In this document: positions 58,393 through 64,000 of the stretch, in pieces | Numbering within the stretch: position 1 is the first letter of the stretch | Layout: each line of letters starts with the position of its first letter | Origin: an uncultured delta proteobacterium | GTDB taxonomy: Bacteria; Desulfobacterota; Binatia; Binatales; Binataceae | DNA: 64,000 bases | Assembly (NCBI GenBank): GCA_963848285.1 | Contig: CAWKCZ010000003.1 | Location: 964,009-1,028,008, forward strand | Direction of reading: 5' to 3' | Position numbers and translations under genes: made by a program | The notes under the pieces: generated by a model | The model's database searches: none | The model's input: only the letters and a program-made list of their open reading frames with translations | What the model was told of the DNA's origin: nothing

Positions 58393-58834
58393 AAAAATGC
58401 AGCATTACCAAACGAAGCCAAATAATGCAGCAAAATGAAGGACTTTGACTTTTTGGAAAGCCAAAATAAGCCACCGAAAGCCACCGCGAACGTCCCGAGC
58501 GATGGCCGTGAGTACTCGAAGGGTCTCGAAGGCCGCGGTTATGGAAAAACAAACCCATTGTTGGCGGCGTTCAGGACGCACGAAATAATGGCGAAAGTCG
58601 CGGTCGGCTGTACATCAAAAATGAGAAAACAAACCCATTCATATGAGGCCGATTCGCTCTCGAAGCGCAAAAACAAAGCCACTTCTTCGATGCCATTAGA
58701 CATGACATTCGGCCATAATCATTGTCATTGCGACACAGAGGACAACATGCGCGCGGGCTTTTCGGCAATTCCTGAGTAGGCTATCTAAATATCAATCGAA
58801 CGGTCGCATAGCTTGATTTGGAGGGTTTTACCCG

Positions 58835-59750
58835 TTGCACGAAATTAATTACGAAGTCCCAACCTCCGTCGCCCAGGCGGTGACGATGCTAAAACGCCAT
58901 GGCGAAAAGGCGCGCCCGTTTGTGGGAGGCACCGATCTTCTCATCCAACTGCGCGCCGGCGTGCCTTCCGGGCACAGTGAAGAATTTCGCCCCACTGCCG
59001 CGGTGCGACGCCCCGAGTTCGTCGTCGACCTCAAGCACATCAAGGAGCTGCGCCAGATTAAGTTCGATGCCAAGAAAGGGCTGCGGCTGGGCGCGGCCGT
59101 TCCCTGCATCGAGGTCTACGAGAGCGAGGTGATGCGCAAGAATTACCCCGGCCTGACCGAGGCCGCGCATCTCATCGGCTCGCTGCAGATCCAGAACCGC
59201 GCGTCGGTGGGTGGCAATCTATGCAATGGTTCGCCCGCGGCCGATACGACGCCCGCGCTGATCGCGCTTGGCGCCAAAGCACGCATCGCGGGCGGGAAAG
59301 CAATCCGCGAAGTCCCGGTTGAGGACTTCATCCTGTCGCCCGGCCGCACCGTCCTGAAGCCCGGCGAAATCGTGGTGGAACTTGCGATTCCCGCGCCGAA
59401 GCCGCATTCGTCCGATGCGTATCTGCGCTTCATCCCGCGCAACGAAATGGATATCGCGGTGGTCGGAGTCGGCACCTCTCTTACCTTGGAGGGCGATACG
59501 GTCAAGGCGGCGCGCATCGCGCTCGGCGCAGTCGGCCCGACGCCGATTTTCGCCAAGGCGGCGAGCGATTCGCTGATCGGCAAGACGCTCGGACAGCGCC
59601 ACGATCGAGGCCGCGGCACAACTCGCGATGGAAGCCGCGACCCCGATCGACGACATGCGCGGGACCGCCGAATTTCGCAAGCACGTAACCGGCGTTCTGA
59701 CCCGGCGCACCATTCAAATCGCCGCCGAGCGCGCGCGCAACAAACAGTAG
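58835..59750 (+). pseudogene. molybdenum hydroxylase medium (FAD-binding, CoxM/XdhB-like) subunit, with the frame broken once
   Basis: A TTG start follows a GGAGGG Shine-Dalgarno sequence. The ORF contains VGGTDLLIQLRAG, IQNRASVGGNLCNGSPAADTTPALIALGA and LRFIPRNEMDIAVVGV. Shifting near 59595 gives SATIEAAAQLAMEAATPIDDMRGTAEFRKHVTGVLTRR, with the stop at 59748-59750. Confidence 0.8.
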
Positions 59751-59764
59751 GGAATCGATACACA

Positions 59765-60284
<520 letters not shown>

Positions 60285-60368
60285 ACCACGCACGCTGCGC
60301 GCGATGGCGTCACCGAATACGAACCTCGCAAGACAAGTTAAAGGCTTCCCAAACAGGGAGATTTGAGC

Positions 60369-62664
60369 ATGGCAGAATCAAAGAACAATACAAGGTCATC
60401 GGAACCCGCCCGATTCGTCACGATGGCATCGACAAGGTTACCGGCCGCGCCAAGTACGGCGCCGACTATGCCTTCCCGGGCATGCTGTTCGGCAAGGTGC
60501 TGCGCAGCCCGCATGCTCACGCGATCATCAAGTCGATCAACGTCGAGAAGGCGCTCGCGATGCCGGGCGTCAAGGCGATCGTGACCTCGGCGGATCTTCC
60601 CGAGGCCGAGGACAAGGTCGAGCAGGTCGGCGAAGCGGCGATGAACCCGCGCTACCTCTCGATGAACATCCTCGCGCATCAGAAGGCGCTCTACGATGGG
60701 CATGCGATCGCGGCGGTCGCCGCGACCAGCCCGCATATCGCGGAAGAGGCGCTGCGCCTCATCGAGGTGGACTACGAAGTTCTGCCGCCGGTGATGACGG
60801 TGGACGACGCGATGAAGAAGAACGCGCCGGTCCTGCTGCCGAACCTGCGCAACAAGGAAGAGGGCGACAACCCGACCAACGTCGCGAGCCATCTGCAGTT
60901 CAAGCGCGGCGATGTCGCAGCCGGCTTCGCAGCGGCCGATTTCGTCGTCGAGCGCGAGTTCCACACCGCGATGGTCCATCAGGGATACATCGAGCCGCAC
61001 AACGCGGTCGGCATGTACAACTCCGACGGCCAGGCAACGATCTATTGCTCGACCCAGGGCGCCTTCGATGTGCGCTCGATGTGCGCGCAGGTGCTGGGAG
61101 TGTCGGTCGGCAAGATCAAGGTCGTGCCGGCGGAAATCGGCGGCGGCTTCGGCGGCAAGACCACCATCTACCTCGAACCGCTCTCGCTGATGCTGTCGAA
61201 GAAGACCGGCCATCCGGTGAAGCTGGTGATGACTCGCGGCGAAGTGCTGCGCGCCAGCGGCCCGACCTCGGGCTCCAGGATCAAAATCAAGATGGGATGC
61301 ACCCGCGACGGCAAGATCACCGGCGCGGAAGTCTGGCTGGCATACGAGGCGGGCGCGTTTCCGGGCTCGCCGGTCGGCGCCGGCGCGATGACGCTGCTGG
61401 CTCCCTACAACATCGACAATTTCCAGATCGACGGTTACGACGTGGTCGTCAATCGGCCCAAGACCGCGGCCTATCGGGCGCCGGGCGCGACCAACGCGGC
61501 CTTGGCGTCGGAAACCGTGATCGACGAGCTGGCCGAGAAATGCGGAATGGATCCGATCGACTTCCGCATCGCCAACGCGGCCAAGGAAGGAACTCCTCAG
61601 ATTGTCGGACCTCCCTACAAACGGATCGGCTTCATCGAAACCATCGAGGCAATCAAGAACAGCCCTCATTATAAGAGCGAGCTGAAGGGCCCCAATCGCG
61701 GGCGCGGAATGGCGGCCGGGTTCTGGTTCAACGCCGGGCATGCAGTCGTCGGCGACCGTGAACATCCAGACCGACGGCACCGCCAGCGTCGTCACCGGCT
61801 CGACCGATATCGGCGGCTCGCGCGCCGCGATGGCGATGATCACCGCCGAAGTCCTCGGCCTCGGATGTCACCGACGTGCGCCCGGTCGGTGGCGGATACC
61901 GATTCGATCGGCCATACCGACGTGACCGGCGGCAGCCGCGTGACCTTCGCCACCGGGATGGCGGTTTACAACGCCGCCCAGGATGCGCTGCGCAGTTGAA
62001 GGAGCGCGCCGCGAAGACCTGGGAGAAGAAGCCCGAAGACGTGAAGTTCGAGGACGGCAAGTTCTCAGCGCCGAGGGCGAAGGCATCAAGCCGATGAACG
62101 TGAAGCAGCTCGCCAGCCGGCTCGCGCGCACCGGCGGCCCCATCACCGGACGCGCGCAGGTCAGCACCGGCGGCATCGGCGTCGGTCCCGCATTCGCGGC
62201 CACGCTGGTCGACGTCGAAGTCGATCCCGATACCGGCAAGGTGCAGGTCCTGCGCTGCACGATCGCGCAGGACGCCGGCAAGGCGATTCATCCCAGCTAC
62301 GTCGAAGGCCAGATGCAGGGCGGCACCTCGCAGGGCCTCGGATGGGCGCTCAACGAGGAATATTTCTACGATGCGAAAGGCACGCTGCGTAACACCGGAT
62401 TGCTCGACTATCGGATGCCGACCTGCCTCGACCTGCCGATGATCGAGACGGCGATCGTCGAGATTCCCGAACCCGATTCATCCGCTGGGAGTGCGCGGCG
62501 TCGGCGAGGTTTCGATCGTGCCGCCTCCCGCGGCGGTCGCCAACGCGATCTATCGCGCGACCGGAGTGCGGATGACGGAACTGCCGATGTCACCTCCGAG
62601 GGTGCTCAAGGCGATTCTCGAAAACCGCCGCACGCATGACCTGCAGGCTGCGGCGGCTGACTGA
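60369..62664 (+). pseudogene. molybdenum hydroxylase large (molybdopterin-binding, xanthine dehydrogenase family) subunit, with the frame broken about 7 times
   Basis: A GGGAGA Shine-Dalgarno sequence precedes the ATG at 60369 (MAES). The pieces are KEQYKVIGTRPIRHDGIDKVTGRAKYGADY...; QGYIEPHNAV; IGGGFGGK; TAAYRAPGATNAALASE; QSSATVNIQTDGTASVVTGSTDIGGS; VADTDSIGHTDVTGGSRVTF; QLKERAAKTWEKKPEDV; FAATLVDVEVDPDTGKVQVLR...AIHPSYVEGQMQGG; PIHPLGVRGVGEVSIVPPPAAVANAIY. Breaks lie near 60378, 61738, 61862, 61890, 61995, 62070 and 62475. Confidence 0.85.
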
Positions 62665-62681
62665 TTGAGGTCTAGTGGGGA

Positions 62682-62735
62682 GGGGCCGATCACGACGCGA
62701 CGCATGTCGTCGCAGAGATCGGCCCCTTCATTTTT
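62682..62735 (+). terminator. Rho-independent terminator-like hairpin between the large subunit and the MoaD-like gene
   Basis: GGGGCCGATC (62682-62691) pairs with GATCGGCCCC (62717-62726), enclosing a second small GC hairpin. TTCATTTTT follows and runs straight into the ATG at 62736. Confidence 0.7.
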
Positions 62736-63003
62736 ATGGCGACTGCGATAATTCCCTCTCTCATGCGTAAACTCACCGGCGGGCTCGATCGCGTTACGGT
62801 ATCGGGCAAAAACCTGCGCGAAGCGATCGCGGACCTAGACCGTCAGTTCCCCGGGATTGCCGGTCAGTTACTTGACAACGGCGATATCAAGGCCTCGATC
62901 GCGGTGTCAATCGATGGCGAGGTGGGGACCAACGGCGTGCTGGAGACGATTGAGCGAGAACAGCGAGATTCATTTCATGCCGCAGATCGCGGGCGGGCTT
63001 TGA
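62736..63003 (+). pseudogene. MoaD/ThiS-family ubiquitin-like sulfur-carrier protein, with the frame broken once near the 3' end
   Basis: The first piece is MATAIIPSLMRKLTGGLDRVTVSGKNLREAIADLDRQFPGIAGQLL...IAVSIDGEV. Shifting near 62950 gives SENSEIHFMPQIAGGL-stop, restoring the C-terminal Gly-Gly of this family. Confidence 0.6.
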
Positions 63004-63318
63004 AGGATCGGTCGGCGAGTGACTTAAGGCGAGCTTAAACGGCTGCACATGACAGGAGCTAGCGTGGCATCATGGAGCAAGCAATTAGCGTATTAGAGCG
63101 TCAATCCGTTGCGGATTGCCAATTCTCTCCGCCATTGCAAGCAGTCTAAAGTTAAGTACAATACGGAACGCTGGCCGGGGTTTGCCCCCCTTTTCCCGGT
63201 TGGCTTTGGGCCGGGCGGAGCAATCTGTCCGGCCCGAGTTTTCTTGCCGGCGATCGGCCAATCCCGCGGCCGTGATTGCGGGTCGAGGATTTTGTCAGGA
63301 GGACGTTACGGCGCGCGG

Positions 63319-63718
63319 TTACGACATGAAGACTTCGCGCACGTGATTGACGTCGTTGTACTCGCGAACCTGTCCGAGCTTGTCGCCATCGAAAGCGAAA
63401 TAGAAGTGGTATCGATTGGCGTACTTCTTTCCGTTCCCCGCGACGGTGTCTGACTCGGCCTGGATCGCCACGTGCGGCCCTTCCGCGATCACGGTGTGAA
63501 TTTTCAGATTCAGGCCCTTGGGGAACATTGCCGCCATCGTCGCGGTGATGCCTTTGATAAACACATCCTTGCCGCGCATCGGCGTGATGCCCGGCAGCCG
63601 CCCCATCATCTCGAACTCAAAGTCGTCCGCGAGCGATGTCGCCGAGAAACTTCGCGTCCGGCTTGTCGAGCGTCATCAGAAAGGTTCGCGACTTTTCTTT
63701 CTGCTGTTCAAGATTCAT
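63319..63718 (-). pseudogene. SnoaL/NTF2-like fold protein, with the frame broken once
   Basis: The ATG at 63718 gives MNLEQQKEKSRTFLMTLDKPDAKFLGDI. Shifting near 63640 gives ADDFEFEMMGRLPGITPMRGKDVFIKGI...HVAIQAESDTVAGNGKKYANRYHFYFAFDGDKLGQVREY. Confidence 0.6.
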
Positions 63719-63746
63719 CGGAGACTCCTTCGCGGGAATCGCAGTC

Positions 63747-64000
63747 TCAGCGCCGGATGACGAGCACCGCGCAGGACGCGTGGCGCAGGACTTTTTCGGT
63801 GGTACCGCCGATCAGCACGCCGTCGCCGCCGGTGCGGCCGTGGGTCGACATCACGATCAGATCGATGCCGTGTTCGCGCGCGTACTCGCCGACCTTGATC
63901 GCGGGCGAGCCGACCGCGGTTGCGGTGACCACTTTTCCGAGTTCTCGAGGTGGTCCTTCTTGATGCGCGCGAGCTCTTCCTCGGCCTGCTCGATCATCGA
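63747..64000 (-). pseudogene. universal stress protein (UspA family). Only the C-terminal part is present (the gene continues beyond the window), and the frame is broken once.
   Basis: The C-terminus reads GSPAIKVGEYAREHGIDLIVMSTHGRTGGDGVLIGGTTEKVLRHASCAVLVIRR. Upstream of ~63935 the helix IEQAEEELARIKKDHLENSEK is in another frame. Confidence 0.7.

Noticed and set aside
58435-58779. A 114-aa plus-strand ORF (and a 65-aa minus-strand ORF at 58571-58768) in the AT-rich spacer
   Set aside because: There is no Shine-Dalgarno sequence, signal or family motif. The composition is Lys/Thr/Ser-rich as expected from translating AT-rich non-coding DNA, and the ORF contains the repeated A-rich words. 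I treat it as non-coding unless a frameshift-tolerant search says otherwise.

Overview
This is a 64-kb, mostly high-GC chromosomal segment from a diderm bacterium, judging by the TonB-dependent receptor, TolC-like factor, RND pump, MepA and MreBCD. I cannot assign taxonomy from the sequence alone. In order, the window contains:
- a truncated phage-type DUF5131 gene and a HicAB toxin-antitoxin pair, then mreBCD;
- ppiD-like, a hydrolase, secreted hypotheticals, and queE-larC;
- a dksA-like gene, galU and tRNA-Ala(CGC);
- an odd secreted protein directly after the tRNA (Cys-rich domain, 24-bp tandem-repeat linker, glycine-rich domain);
- mepA, HEAT-repeat proteins and an FAD monooxygenase;
- a cupredoxin plus di-heme peroxidase operon, a large wHTH-ATPase-TPR regulator, a TonB receptor and a NarL/NarX-type two-component system;
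- an SDR and a quinohemoprotein PQQ alcohol dehydrogenase;
- a badly decayed AbrB/RelE-like TA locus;
- thiolase-DUF35-enoyl-CoA hydratase and an alkaline-phosphatase-family enzyme;
- a Cus-like HME-RND operon with unusual accessory genes;
- several acyl-CoA dehydrogenases, and a 2OG-oxygenase / adenylating ligase / GNAT-like trio;
- a DUF3300-DUF2950 pair;
- a low-GC GT-C-type membrane glycosyltransferase flanked by ~60-75-nt direct repeats;
- a three-subunit molybdenum hydroxylase operon with a MoaD-like gene.

The dominant global signal is roughly 60 single-base frame breaks (my manual frame tracking). They are clustered in blocks and interrupt genes that are otherwise well conserved. I call these genes pseudogenes because the frame is broken as given, but consensus or assembly indels are at least as likely as real decay. 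I saw no CRISPR array, rRNA, transposase or integrase. I found no complete, clearly novel multi-gene system; the best candidates for follow-up are listed in findings.
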